The notes beneath the pieces were generated by a model. That model made no database searches. It worked only from the letters and a program-made list of their open reading frames with translations, and was not told the DNA's origin. A stretch of 64,000 bases of DNA from Lama guanicoe (taxonomy: Eukaryota). The DNA is taken from positions 1,116,001 to 1,180,000 of the forward strand of contig MU054323.1 in NCBI GenBank assembly GCA_013239625.1, read 5' to 3'. Both the position numbers and the translations under genes were made by a program. Each line of letters starts with the position of its first letter. Position 1 is the first letter of the stretch. This document shows positions 28,079-40,594 of this stretch, one piece after another.

Positions 28079-29139
28079 ACTCCTTGGAACAAACCCTCCC
28101 TTCCATTGAAAAGAAACCTCTCAATATTTTGTGTAGGGATAAACTCAGAATACTTCACCTCATTGCAAGGGATAAATTAGTTGACCAACTTATTTCAGTT
28201 GAAAATGGTTGACCAATTTATTTAGCTCCCTGTCATCCTTTTAATATCTTGGCAGTTTTATTACTTAAATTTACTAATTTCTGAGTCACTACTATTTTCT
28301 GTATAAATATTACTGGACATATTAATATATAATAGTAAATCAAATGATCCTTTTAGTTGTTTGACTGTTTTATCACATGATAAAACATTTGTTTACATTT
28401 ATTACGAACCAAGACCTCTGCTGGGCCCTAATAATATCGATAGGACCTCATACCCCTGTGTTTTCAATACTGTAAACAATGGACAAGCAGTTACAATACC
28501 ATGCTATAAATTCCACAACAGAAATATGTGATCTCAAAAATGTTTTCCTGAAATATAAGTTGAGTAGAGCAGGCTGGGAGGAAATAATTTAGTCATTTCC
28601 AAATCCAATATCTCTATTTTACACTGGTCAATAAATACACAAATGTACTCCATTTTTGTAAGACTGCAATACGCTCTCATCCTTAGCAGTAAGTCATATT
28701 TTCCACTAAAACGTCTGACTAAATTAAAGCACAAATCATTGAGAAATGGAAGGTTTACCAAATTATTGTAGCTAGATGAGTAACAATTGAGATTTAAATT
28801 CATTTAGCTTCACGTGACAGCATTCACTGATGTAAATTTTGATGAATTAGAAGTGAAAGTTAAAAAGAATTAAGGATACATCAGAAATGTAACAAAAGAA
28901 AAATAGTATAACTGAAAAAAAAAACTTTTCAAAAAACGAAGTAATCTGTGTATCTGGTTTACAATGTGGACTTTGTGCTGACTTTTGCTTCCCCGACCCA
29001 TCCTTTGCTGGATTATGCTCTCTTATTCACAGTATTTTTATTTGTCCTTTGTGCTTCTTGCATCTATTTCTCTGTACATCTCTTAATGGATACTGGATGT
29101 CCTCAGGGAAAATTGAGAAAAGGAAAAATAAGAAATGAT

Positions 29140-29440
29140 AACCTTTACGCGTAGGAAGTATGTTGTTTGCTCACAACTGTTTCCTAGAACCTAGCACAGC
29201 CCTTGTACATAATAGGTGCTTAATCATATTTGTTGACTAAATGAATAATTGGATGAGAACAAGAATACCAGTGGCAAGTCAGGGGAGCTTTGAAAGAATC
29301 AAGAATCACAGGATAATAGAGCTGGCGGAAAAAAAAAAAAAGATTGAGAATTCACTTAGTTAAGTTTTTCAATTTGCAGATAATGAAACTGAAGCCCAGA
29401 ATAGTAAAATGACTTGCAGATCACACAGCTTCTAAGAGAC
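29140..29440. mobile_element. L2 3' end (+) followed by a MIR fragment (-)
   Basis: 'ctagaacctagcacagcccttgtacataataggtgcttaatcatatttgttgactaaatgaat' and 'tttgcagataatgaaactgaagcccaga'. Confidence 0.7.
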
Positions 29441-29911
29441 AGAGAGTAAATAAATGAAAATTGATACTTCCCTTTTTAAATCTACCAGAACACTCAAAAT
29501 AGATCTAAAGTTGTGATTACAGACCCGATCATCCAAGAAAAACACTTTCTCTTCACATTTTAAAAATGTATTTAGACATTCCTTTAGCTTAAGCAGAGAG
29601 GAAAGCTGGAGTAGATACCTTCTACTTGCAGACTGGCAATAATCTGATCAGTTTTATGAACTTTCTACCATTAGTTTTTGATATGAGATCTGGAGGTGAA
29701 ACTTCTTTACCGACTAGAAGGTTAGTTGCTGGCAGAGTAGGACGGGAGCTCAGTCCCCCTGGGTTCAAGTCTAATGCTCTTTCACCACGCCCTTACACTA
29801 GCCAGAACATACCTTATTACACACAGAAGCACTGGGGTGAGACAGCAGCACTTGACAGCAATGCATTTTAAGAATAAGTGAGGAAAAGACTTTTACTTAA
29901 AGAAACTTAGT

Positions 29912-30051
29912 GGGGGAAGATATAGCTTAAGTGGTAGAGTACACGCCCTAGCACACACAAGGTCCTGGGTTCAATCCCCAGCACCTCCCCTAAAAATAAA
30001 TAAATAAATGAACCTAATTACCTCCCCAAAAAAATAAAATTAAAAAAAAAA
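29912..30051 (+). mobile_element. tRNA-derived SINE, camelid vic-1-like
   Basis: G-run start, A-box 'tagcttaagtggtagag', B-box 'ggttcaatccc', body 'aacctaattacctcccc' and A-rich tail; flanking repeat TAAAGAAACTTAGT/TAAAGAAACTTACT. Confidence 0.9.
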
Positions 30052-30109
30052 GCTCAGTAAAGAAACTTACTAAAATTAATTCTTCAATAGGATATGCAAA
30101 ACATAGCAA

Positions 30110-30270
30110 ATTTATTCAATCAGCATTTATTTGTTCAGCTTATACTTTTGTTCCAGCTTATTAATCACCTACAATATGGAGACAAAGTATAGGGTACAAG
30201 ACACATAATGATGGATAGATTAGAAGGCATCCCTGTCCTCATGAAGCTTTCAGTTTAAGGATGAAGGATC
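30110..30270 (-). mobile_element. L2 3' fragment
   Basis: 'ttattcaatcagcatttatt...atccctgtcctcatgaagctttcagtttaag'. Confidence 0.6.
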
Positions 30271-32205
30271 AACAGTGAGATGGAGTTAGCACAGCCCACC
30301 ACTCTGGCAACTGGGCCAGTTTAGAGTAAAACTGTGACCACCTACTTGGAATATCCTAGTTATCTAAAATTAACTGAGGGATTGAGATTTTCTAGATGTG
30401 TAAGTCAAAATTATCTGAGAGAAAGTATTTCCATGTGACTAGCCTCTGGAATTTTTCTCATTTTTTGCTTAGAAAACTCTGCACCTAAAGAACCACAAAT
30501 CCAAACCAGTGTTCAGCCTCATTAAAATGGACATAACTATGTCTTCAGTGAGCTTAATTAAATGGAATCAATCCACAGGGGGAAAAAATGAGTTCTTCAG
30601 GGAAAATAGGGTAGATAGTTTTAGGAATCTCTGGGGAACAGCAAACTTCAAAGCTTGCCAAATAAAGACCCAGGTATGTATACATATCCACCCTTTTCAA
30701 AGAGTGTTCAGATTAGTTATCTTATTCAGGCTTTAGGATTTGAAATGCAACATGTTTGCTCTCTATCACTCCGGGTGGCCAGGGGGATGAGGACAGTGGC
30801 TTTCTTAAACTGACCTACTGAAGAGGAAATTCTTTTGTAAAAGAAACTTCATAGTAAAGTCAGTTGACTCTGCCATCTAGCAGCCCTAGTTTCCTGGGAA
30901 ACATAAATAGCACAGGGAAGAGAGCCAAACGTGGACATCATCTCCTGGGTGGACTTCATTAGATGAGTCCTGGGCAGGCCTGGAAATTCCCAGACTGGCA
31001 GCATTCTTTTCCTTGAACTCTGTATTTCCCTAAACTTGAAAGGAAGAAAGCAGGGTCACAGGGAACTGTGTTGCAAGGGGAAGAGGGGGGTGCTTGATCA
31101 GCCTGAGGTCCAGGGTACTCCAAAGGACTAAAAGGCCAGAAGCCAACGATGACAAGGCTAAAGCTATTGCCAGAAAGCCAGAGCCCAAGGAAAACTTGGG
31201 AAGAAGGACCATTCCAGGATCCGGAATCCTGTTGTTCTACAGTGGGGAGTACTGACGGTTTTAAAGTCTGACTGTATGCCAGGCAGGGTACTTATTGCTT
31301 TGTATTTCTCTCTTTGGATCCTCAGAGCACCATGAGTTGCCATCTATTCTGTCCATGACAATTTAACCCAGACAGATGTGTCCAAATACCTGGGCCATTC
31401 GGGACCCCTTGATGTGACTTACAGCATGGACCTCTTTTTCTATCACACACCCAAATCTTAATGGAGTTGCTGTTTTTCCTTCATATTTAAAGAAAATTAT
31501 ATTTTCCTTTGTAAGTCCATCTTCCCTATTTATGAATTTTCCAAAAGTCAAACAGAAATTCAAATGCCTCTCTTTTAAACAAGAAGAGAAATACAGTATT
31601 TACCCAAAAGGAATATTTTACAAAAGGACTCCCGTGCACATCAGTGAATGTAAAACTGGAAGTAACCTTGGAAGAAGGTCAAGGTCTTGGCTAAAACTTC
31701 TCTCCTCTTATCCTGCTTGGTAATCATCAAAGATCTAGTCGCTGGTCTCCATAGGGCAGCCAGAAAAGAAAACTCAGAGGCAGGAGCTATAATGTCAGAT
31801 GGCAGAGAAATCTATGATTCCTGGCCTGGCCGCTCTGTTTTCGCAGCTTCCACAGACTTGTGAGGCTGCCTTACTCATCAGTCAGTTCAGGCATGTGATA
31901 GCAATTACTCATCCAGACACTAAAATCAAGGAAGATGAGGAAAAGTCAGCTACAAACAAAGGTGGCCATTAACTGTTAACCTTGCTGCATTGTTTAGCAT
32001 CACAGCAGACACGAGGGAGAAGACGGAATTAAGAACTAAGGATCAGCAAATAACATAAAAGGTCACAGGGGATCGTATACTTCCAGTTGTCTCGTCTAGT
32101 GTTCTTTGGATCGAGTATTTGGACCATTTTTCTGATTACAAAGCCTCTCTTACTAAAATGATGAAAAAGGAAGATATGTGGCTAATGTTTATGAGAGCAT
32201 CACAC

Positions 32206-32310
32206 TGTATATGTGTGTGCGTGCGTGCATGCGTGCCAGGTGCACACCCGTGTACGTAACAGTGTCTCTGTGTGTCTGTGCCTGTAAATGTGTGACTGTA
32301 TACACACACT
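32206..32310. repeat. Degenerate (TG)n/(GTGC)n simple repeat
   Basis: 'tgtatatgtgtgtgcgtgcgtgcatgcgtgc' and downstream TG-rich sequence. Confidence 0.8.
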
Positions 32311-35300
32311 TAGTGTTTGGAACAAGCTCTGTGGGTTGTCACTATAGCAGTTAGCAATAATAACCAGAACGCCTCAGATACACACCTTTTGCCTCATATT
32401 TAAACTTAAGATCCCTCACTCTATTACCCTCGCTTTATGACTTCCTGGGCCTCTCTCTGGATCTAAAACATTGACCTCCTAGGATAGGGGCTTTGGTTGT
32501 TCCCTTTGCCCTCTCCCTATGCCTCCCTCCAGTCCTCCCATCACATCAAGAATTGCAAAATGTTCCAGAAGAAGGAATTTTTTTCCAAAACCTGAAGAGG
32601 CTGGAGGTGAGCAGACTAGAATTCCTGGATTTACTGGCTATAACACAGACTTCCTCTTGGCCTTGCCTGTGGATTTTAAAAGCAAACTTCCTGCTTCTCT
32701 GGAAGTCAAACCTTGCCTGACCCATTTTGAACCATGTATATTCACAAGCCTCTATCTACACCAAGACTGCCCTGAAGATACTGTGGTTCCTGGTACTTTT
32801 AATTAAGAATCCCAGTCTCTAACAAGGGTATCCAGACTCAGCAGTAGCTACAAAGAGAAAGCGAGAAATAGTGGCAACAAACTGCTCCAAGCTGAGGGCA
32901 GAAAGTAGGATCAGTATCGATGGGAAATCATTGAATTCTGGCTCCAGTTAATCCTGAAGCATTAAGCATTTCTCCAGTGTTCCTCTCGGTGGTAGTAAAC
33001 TGACTGCAAACTGTGATTTTTTAATGGAAGATGTGATGAACCATTCAGCTATGGCCTCAGCAACTCAGCTCAGATTCTGTCTTCCATTGTTTATTTGCTA
33101 TTTTAATCCTTCAGGCTTTAGAAACGAGACAACTCCTCTTAAGCAAACTTGTTCCCTGTAAAAGTTGCTAAGGACCCAAACTAAGTGAATCATCATTCAG
33201 TGTCACTTTTCTCAAAGCATCAATTTAATTTATACATGTTTTGAAAAGCGATATTGACTTTTACTGGTGTGTCTCAGCTTATTGGTTATAAACATGAAAT
33301 GGTTTTATTTTATTAATTTATTTTTTTGAGAAACTACTTCCCAACTGTGCTGTGTCACTCCCCTTTCCTGATGGGAAATATCTTCTTTAATGAGATCTTG
33401 ACCTCATTTCTTTAGTTTTCAGTCATTTTTAAGTTACTAGAGGAGTCTTACTCTAGTACAAAAGACTTTATTTCACATGATAATCTCAATTCTGACCAAA
33501 GTTTTTCCTTTCTCCTTCCTCAGCACAGGATAGAACTACGGCTTGAAGTGTGGTGGATGGAAGGAGTGGGGTAATGAGGGGTCAGCCTAGATTACAGACT
33601 TCCTGCCATCCCTCCTTCCTCTAGAAAACGTTTCTCAGATGTAGCATATGGTGAGGAAGGACAGGATGAGGGCAGGTGCACTCCTCTCACTTGATTGGAC
33701 AGATGAAAACCACTTCTTCTTCAGTTGTTGCTGCTTCTCATGCTACCTCTGTGCCCATCTCTGTGACTTTGGATGACTTTCTTCTGGGGCTTACTTGTGA
33801 GCTTTTCAGAAGGCTCCCCCCGCTGCACTGTTGTAGAGGATCCCACGCAGGTCTGCCTCCTCCATCCTCTCCTCTTTGCCCTCTAAGACAGCCACCCCCT
33901 GGCCTCTTGCTGCCAGACTCCCTCGCCCAGCAGGCAGTCATCTTGGATGGGGTTATGGCTGTTAGTTCGAATCTAAGTATTTTCCAGTCTTTACTAAGCT
34001 CTTAGGAAATTTACGTATTCTTCTCAGGACAAATTCTTTCCTTCGTCATCTTTTTCAGTTTCTTGGTCTCTTTCGAATTCCTTTTGGTTGCTCGGGCTGC
34101 ACAAGGCATAATAGGCAGGTCACCAGCAAAGCCGACTTGCAAGGAAGGGAGTGAAATGACAGTGTCTGCATCTCACAGGTCTCCACATCATTTTGAGTGA
34201 TCCTCTTGGAATTCATCCCCTCCACTGACTTGTGAAAAATGAAGCAATTTTATCTAGGGAAATAAAATCCTTCAAAAGGCAGTTTCTTTCCCCTGGTTCA
34301 GCCCTATGTTGTTTGGGAGGTCAGTCTCTTGCAGGGGTTTTGATGGTTGGGTCAATTCTGAAGTCTTGCAGTGAATCTTACAGGAGGATGGCTGGCCCCA
34401 TCTGGTGATGGCTATAAACCCATATAAATGAGAGCTTTTTAGCACCTTGCTTTCTCACTTTTGACCTTACCACTGTGTGTCTGATAAGACAAGAAAAAAC
34501 TTTAATCGATATCATATTGTAAATAAACTGTAATCTTATACTTGTGCGCCCATGCTATTGAGAAAAACCCTGGTTGGAAGCGGGAAGCGTGAGCTCATCT
34601 AACCACAGCTGTCCTATTTTGACATGATTGTTCCATTCTTACTGAGAGATGCGGTAATTCCTTCAGTCCAAATTAGCTTTGTCCTGGATCCTAATTTTCT
34701 GCTGGAGTAACACTCCTTTATCTTCCTTGTCCCAAAGTTGACCAACCCTAACTTGAATTCAGAGGTTCATCTGCGGCCCTCACACACATACTCTTTACGG
34801 CATCCATGGTTGCTCCACCACCTACCTTGGGGTGAAAGTGCTGAAGAACTGGGAAATCCCCATGGTTTCTCTTTAACATTCATACTTGTCCTCAAATGCC
34901 CCTGATTGCCATATTCCTCAGAATCTCTTTTTTAATCAAGAGATGAGTGGTCAGTCTTCCCTTTATGGACAAATGGAGTGGGAGCCCCAGTGTCTAATGT
35001 CTGATTCTTCTGCTTTTCACCTGACCTTCTCCCACATCTTTGGTTCCTTTTAGCGTGTGGATGAATAATTCAGATGTTTGCCTGCACTACTGTGAGTGCT
35101 GATTCTTTAAACTCTTCAGAACAGTGTTTGAGCAACGCCCCTGTCTGACTCAAGAAGCAAGTCTCAAGCTTAGCACATAGACTAAAGTTTTCCTCAAGTA
35201 TCTGCTGCCCTGACAGATAAATGGTTATATGAGTAGGTAGACCACAAATGACAGAATAAATAAGCCAGAAAATCCTCTGCCATACTAGCTCCATTATCCT

Positions 35301-35409
35301 GGGAATCATAGAGAAAGTAGATTATATAAAGGATAAGCCCCAAATCAAGTGTTCCCTTTTAATGAGTTATGTGTTTTCAAGTTAAGTTACTTAAAGGTGG
35401 ATTTAACTT

Positions 35410-35930
35410 TATTTTATTCAATATATACTAATAAACACATTCCCTGACCTTGAGAAACACATTCCCTGACCTTGAGGAGAAGGATGGGCAAATATCTACC
35501 CAAGTAACTCCGATAAAGGGCAGATGGAATTACATCTGGCAAGCAGGAAGGAAGAGGGTTGCCTCTGACAGAAGCCTCAGGGGAAGCTACAAGGAAGGAA
35601 TGACACGAGTTGGATTGGGGATGATTAATAGGGTGTACGGTGCAGAGCAAATGGAAGGGTAGCTTAAGTGAAGGAGAAGGCTGAACAATGGTTCATGAAA
35701 GAAAGCTCAGGATGTGTTTAGGGAACAATAATTAGTCTGGTGGGTCTCAGTGCTGAGAGCTTAGGAAAAGTAAAATAATAACAATAACTAATAATAATAA
35801 TAATAATAATAATGAAGAGTGGGGATTTTGGCCACCAGATTTATTCTGGATTTGATTATATGAGCAAAAAGGATTCAGTGAAGATTCCTGGAGAAAGAGG
35901 AAGCATGATAAGACACAGTTTTAAGAAATT
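35410..35930 (-). mobile_element. L2 fragment containing a 22-bp tandem duplication and a (TAA)n tract (about 35775-35813)
   Basis: 'ttccctgaccttgaggag' and 'agatttattctggatttg...aagattcctggagaaagaggaagcatgataagacacagttttaagaa'. Confidence 0.6.
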
Positions 35931-35934
35931 CATA

Positions 35935-37610
35935 TGTATCAACACATTCAATTAGGACAACCCTATGGGTAAACACAGCCACTATTCCTATTGTACAAAT
36001 GAGAAAACTGAGATTGTAAGGAATTATGTACCAAAGGTTACATGGCTATCAAGCAGCCAAGATGAACCTGAACCCAAGCAGTCTGACTGCAAACCCCCCT
36101 CTATTTAACAAGTTTGCACATATCCTTTAAGTCCAGGTTCTAGGGAAGGGTCTGATATCAGGGCTGTAGGACTTCAGGAGAGGGTGAGGTAATTGTGGGC
36201 TGCAGTGGGGAATGTGGGCAGGAAAGACTTCTCAGAGGCAGAGAGATGTGACGGTGTGGCAGGAGGCTCTGTACTGTTTCTGGTATGCCATTGCCAAGAG
36301 GACTGGGTACCACAGAAGTTGGGGGAAAGTGTGTGGTGCTTCAGAGGAGGAGGAAATTATTTCCACAGTGAAAATCAAGCAGAGCGTCACAAGCTGAGCA
36401 CAGCTGCATTTATTTTTCTGCCTTACGCATTGCTGGCTTCCTACTTGGCACAGAACACAGTGTCCAGCACAAAGCAGGTATTCAATCATTAAGTGAATGA
36501 CAACATGAGTGAATGAATGAATGAAGAACTTAAGAGTCCAACTTACAGGAGTAACATGGAAATATACTCCCTCTGCGTGCATTTCTGCATCCTCCCTGGG
36601 CAGTCACTCCCCATCCAAGCTGCTTATAAACGATTCTTTGGCAGAGCTTATTTCATTTAACCTACCCTGACTGGAAGTCTTGTCATAGGTCTTATCTCTG
36701 TCTGTCGATGTAAGGAATAGAGGGCAGAGAAGCAATACCAAGGGCCTTGGAATCAAGCAGACCTGGGCTGACTCCTGCTACATGACCTTGAACAAGACAC
36801 CTAAGCTATTTCTCCATCTATAAAAAAAGAATGAAGACGGACCTTGCAAGTAACTATCCTTAATATAAATGTATATTTGCTCCATTTTTATCTAACAAAA
36901 GACAAGGATTAGGCACATATAACAGTTGTTGAGTGCATGTTCCTAAATTTAGGAGGAAAGCCAGTACGCAAAGGCAAAACCTGACCACTGCCAGACTAGA
37001 AAACACCATTTGCTTGGCATAAAGGAAAACCGGTTCAAAGACAGAATTTTTATAAGTAACTTTTATTCTCAACATACGTGGCTAAATAGAATGGTGCTTT
37101 GGCCTCATTCTGCTATGCTTTTAAAGCCACTACTTTATGTGGCAGAACCAGTTTGAAAGCTTGATGATACAAGGGAATTTCACATAGGAAAATACCTGGG
37201 TTGTGGAAATGACTCTTGTGTAATGAATGATTCTGACAATTATATATTGAGCTCTCCCCAGTCAATAAATCACATCTCTGCTAGGGTATGCTTGTGAAAA
37301 TTCTGATTAAATTAGCCATTGAACTTTTATTTCCTTGGAACTCTTGTAATAATGCGACAGTGACAATAGCAAAAATGCCGCCAACATCTATCATCTATTA
37401 AACATCTTCTTGGTGCCAAATGCTATAAAAGACACTTTTATATGATCCCAATGGATCATCAGAACAACCTTGTAAGACAGGAATTACATCTACCTTTTAG
37501 AACTAAAAATACTGAGTCTTGGAAAAATTAATCTGCCTGAGGTCATTTATTAGTAAGTTCCGGGGCTAGGATTTGTGTCCATAGCTATGTGATTTGAAAG
37601 TCATTTTCTG
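35935..37610. mobile_element. Cluster: MIR(-) 35935-36110, L2 end(+) 36410-36525, MIR(+) 36715-36940, MIR(-) 37350-37610
   Basis: 'tacaaatgagaaaactgag', 'caggtattcaatcattaagtgaatg', 'ggaatcaagcagacctgggc' and 'cagaacaaccttgtaagacagg'. Confidence 0.7.
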
Positions 37611-38094
37611 TTGATACCTTTGACAGCACAGGGCCTACTCTCACCAACCTACAACCCTAGAAATGTATCAACAAATGCAGTTGGCTGCTCCTGATCTGCC
37701 CCAGCTGAACCCTGCTTCCTCTGCCTGCCCTGCAAGCTGTTTACCCTCTGGGAGGTCACCCTGTTGCTCTAGTATCCTTCCGTCCTGGAACGGAATGGTT
37801 CTCTTTGGAATCAGTGTGCATTTTTATATGACCTCTTCTCAAAGTACATTTTTAAGACTGTGTGCCCTGAATTTAGACCACAGTTGGATTTAAGTGATAA
37901 TTTTTTCTTTTTCCTCAAGTAAAGAATGAGCTCAGAGATGTCTAATACCCCACATCTCACTGTAACTAGGACATAATGCAAACTTTCATTTATAAAACAG
38001 AATTAATCCACATGGAATCAGTGGCATCGGACTGCCTACATGGCCTGATTTATTTCCGAGTTCTTGGAAAGATCCCTTTTGCTAAAACACTTCA

Positions 38095-38965
38095 GTCTGG
38101 CTATAGGTTTATTGATTTTGTTATTCTTTTCAAAGAAGCAACTTTTTTTTTCATTTAATTTCACGTTTATTTTTTCTATTCTTTATTTATTAACTTCTAC
38201 TCTAATATTTATTATTTCCTTCATTGAACTTGCTTTAGATTTGACTTGCTCTTATTTTTCTAGTGTCTTAGGGTGTAAGATTAAGTTACTAATTTGGGAC
38301 TTTTTTAAAATATAGGCATTGATAACTATAAATTTCCCTCTTAGTACTTCTTTAGCTGTACCCCATTATGCTTTGGTTTGTTGAGTTTTGTTTTTATTCA
38401 TCTCAAAATATTTTCTCATTTCCTTTATGATTTCCTCTTTGATCCATTTGGGAGCATATTGTTTAATATACACATATTTGTAAACTTCTTTGCTAGTTTC
38501 CTTCTATGATTGATTTCTAGTTCCATTCCATTGTGGCTGTAGAACACACAATGTAATTAAATCATTTGAAATAATTAAGTCCTGTCTAACGGCCAACTAT
38601 ATTATCTGTCTTGGAGAATGTATATTCTGTTGTAGGGTGAAGGCATCTATGGATATCTGTTTGGTTTATAATGTTTCTCAAGTCTTCCACTTCCCTGTTG
38701 ACCTTCTGCTTAGTTCTTCTGCCTATTATTGAAAGTGTGGTATTGAAGTCTGCAACTATCGGTTTACTGTTACATCATTCATAATACTGTAAACTTCAGT
38801 ATATGAATCCACACATACAATCCAGTGGCTTTCAAAGTATACAGTACAGTGGCTTTTAGTATAATCACAAGACTGTACAACCATGACTACTATCTAATTC
38901 CAAAATATTGTCATTACTCCAAAAAGAAACCCCATACCCATTAGCAGCCTTACCCCCTTCACTCT
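38095..38965 (-). mobile_element. L1M fragments (ORF2 5' region plus an L1MB-type 3' end)
   Basis: 'ctataaatttccctcttagtacttctttagctgtacccc' and 'tattgtcattactccaaaaagaaaccccatacccattagcag'. Confidence 0.85.
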
Positions 38966-39875
38966 CAGGACCACCTTCCTAGTGGCAGAGGCCAAGTTGA
39001 CTTGAATCCTCTCTTGATTTGCTTGTACATAGGAAGGAATAGTACCACCTTCATGGAATATACAAGCAGAGCAAATGAAATATTGGATTTTTGTAAGTAA
39101 AGGTCTGTACAGATGTAAATTGTTCTTTTATAACTCCACAGGGGCAATCTGTTCTTTGCTCAGATCTTCAAGTGAGTCCAAGAAAACAACCTTCTATGTC
39201 CTGACCATACAGATGTAAAATAATAGATTATCTCCACAGGGCCCTCAGAGGACACCATCAACATCCCCAAGATTATATGTCTTTACAAATATTAACTAAT
39301 CTCTGCCCCACTCATCAGCCTCCATAGCTTGCAGGATCTAACCACCAAGCCTCTCTTCCTTAAAGAAACTAGTTGTCATGGGAAGAGCCCTTCTCACCCT
39401 TGCAGTGCTTGGCATAAGCTGCTCCAAGGATGACAGCACAGGACTGACCGGCTCAGTAATCATCAGGAAATGATCCTGGGTACCATGATTACATCGCTCA
39501 TGCTTGCAGTCTTGGCTGTGCCTCCCGTGGCAAAGGAGAAGAGCTGTTCAATGTTTCCTACTAAATTACCTTGCTGGGAACTGAAATTCTGTAACCAACT
39601 TCCAATCTTCACTTCTCTGGTAAAGGTCTTTCCCAGGTTCCATCTTTCCTCATCAGCCTTATATTTCAATGTTGGGATCTCTTTAGTAGCTTAATTCCTA
39701 ATTAGATAGTTGTAAAACTGTCCTTAATAGAAAATATTTTAGACGTTTAATATTCTCTTTTCAGTCCATTGTGGCAGAGCTGAACTTTGTTTTCTAACAA
39801 GAGAAAAATCGGAGGGAAAATAAGCACCTTATACAAGGCTACTAGGTAAATTACTGCCACAGGGAAGATTGAACG

Positions 39876-40413
39876 CAGTGCTTCTCTTTGGGCTGCACAT
39901 TTGAATCATCTTGAGAGGTTTTTTAAGTCCTAATGCTCAGGCATATATTCCAGAACAATTACATCCAAACATCTTGGTATAGAACTGGGGATCTGTATTT
40001 TTTTAAGTCCCCACTGTGATTCTAATGAGGACCCAAGGTTTAGGACCGTCGACTTAAACAAATGTTTCCAAAACTTTAATGTGCAAAGATATCACCTGAG
40101 TGCTAGGTTAAGATGAAGATTCTGACTCAGTAGGACGGAGGCTGGTGAGGGCTGAGATCCTTACATTTCTATCAAGCCCTGGGGGATGCCAACGCTGTTG
40201 GTCTAAGAAACACATTTAGAACAACAAGGATCAAAATAGGAGAAGTTTACAAATTTTGGTGAATATTTGAATCAATTGGGGAGACTTCGAAACTCTGGGT
40301 GTCTGGACTGGGCCCCATACCAACTAAATCAGACTCTCGAGATGGGGCACAGATGTCAGAATTTTTTAAACTTACCCAGTGATTCCAGTGCACAGCACAT
40401 TTCTGAAACGGTG
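39876..40413. mobile_element. Three abutting MER5-family hAT-Charlie elements (MER5B-, MER5A1-, MER5B-like)
   Basis: Three units, each with a '(t)gaatcacctgg'-like 5' part; the middle unit reads 'aactttaatgtgc...agattctgactcagtagg...caacaagg'. Confidence 0.8.
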
Positions 40414-40594
40414 ATTAGGGATTCCAGATCTCACTGATCCCACCTCTAATGTCATCCAGAGGATGGAAAGGATGAGCCTCTAAGAAATCCTAATTCACAT
40501 AAGCAAGTTTGTTTCAGAAGTAAAGTCAGGTAACTCCATGTGTGAAAGGATCACGTGAATACACAGAGCACATCTTGCTTGGAGGAGAGCAAAC

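Noticed and set aside
29912..29990. tRNA gene
   Set aside because: The tRNA-like head continues into a SINE body, A-tail and flanking direct repeat.
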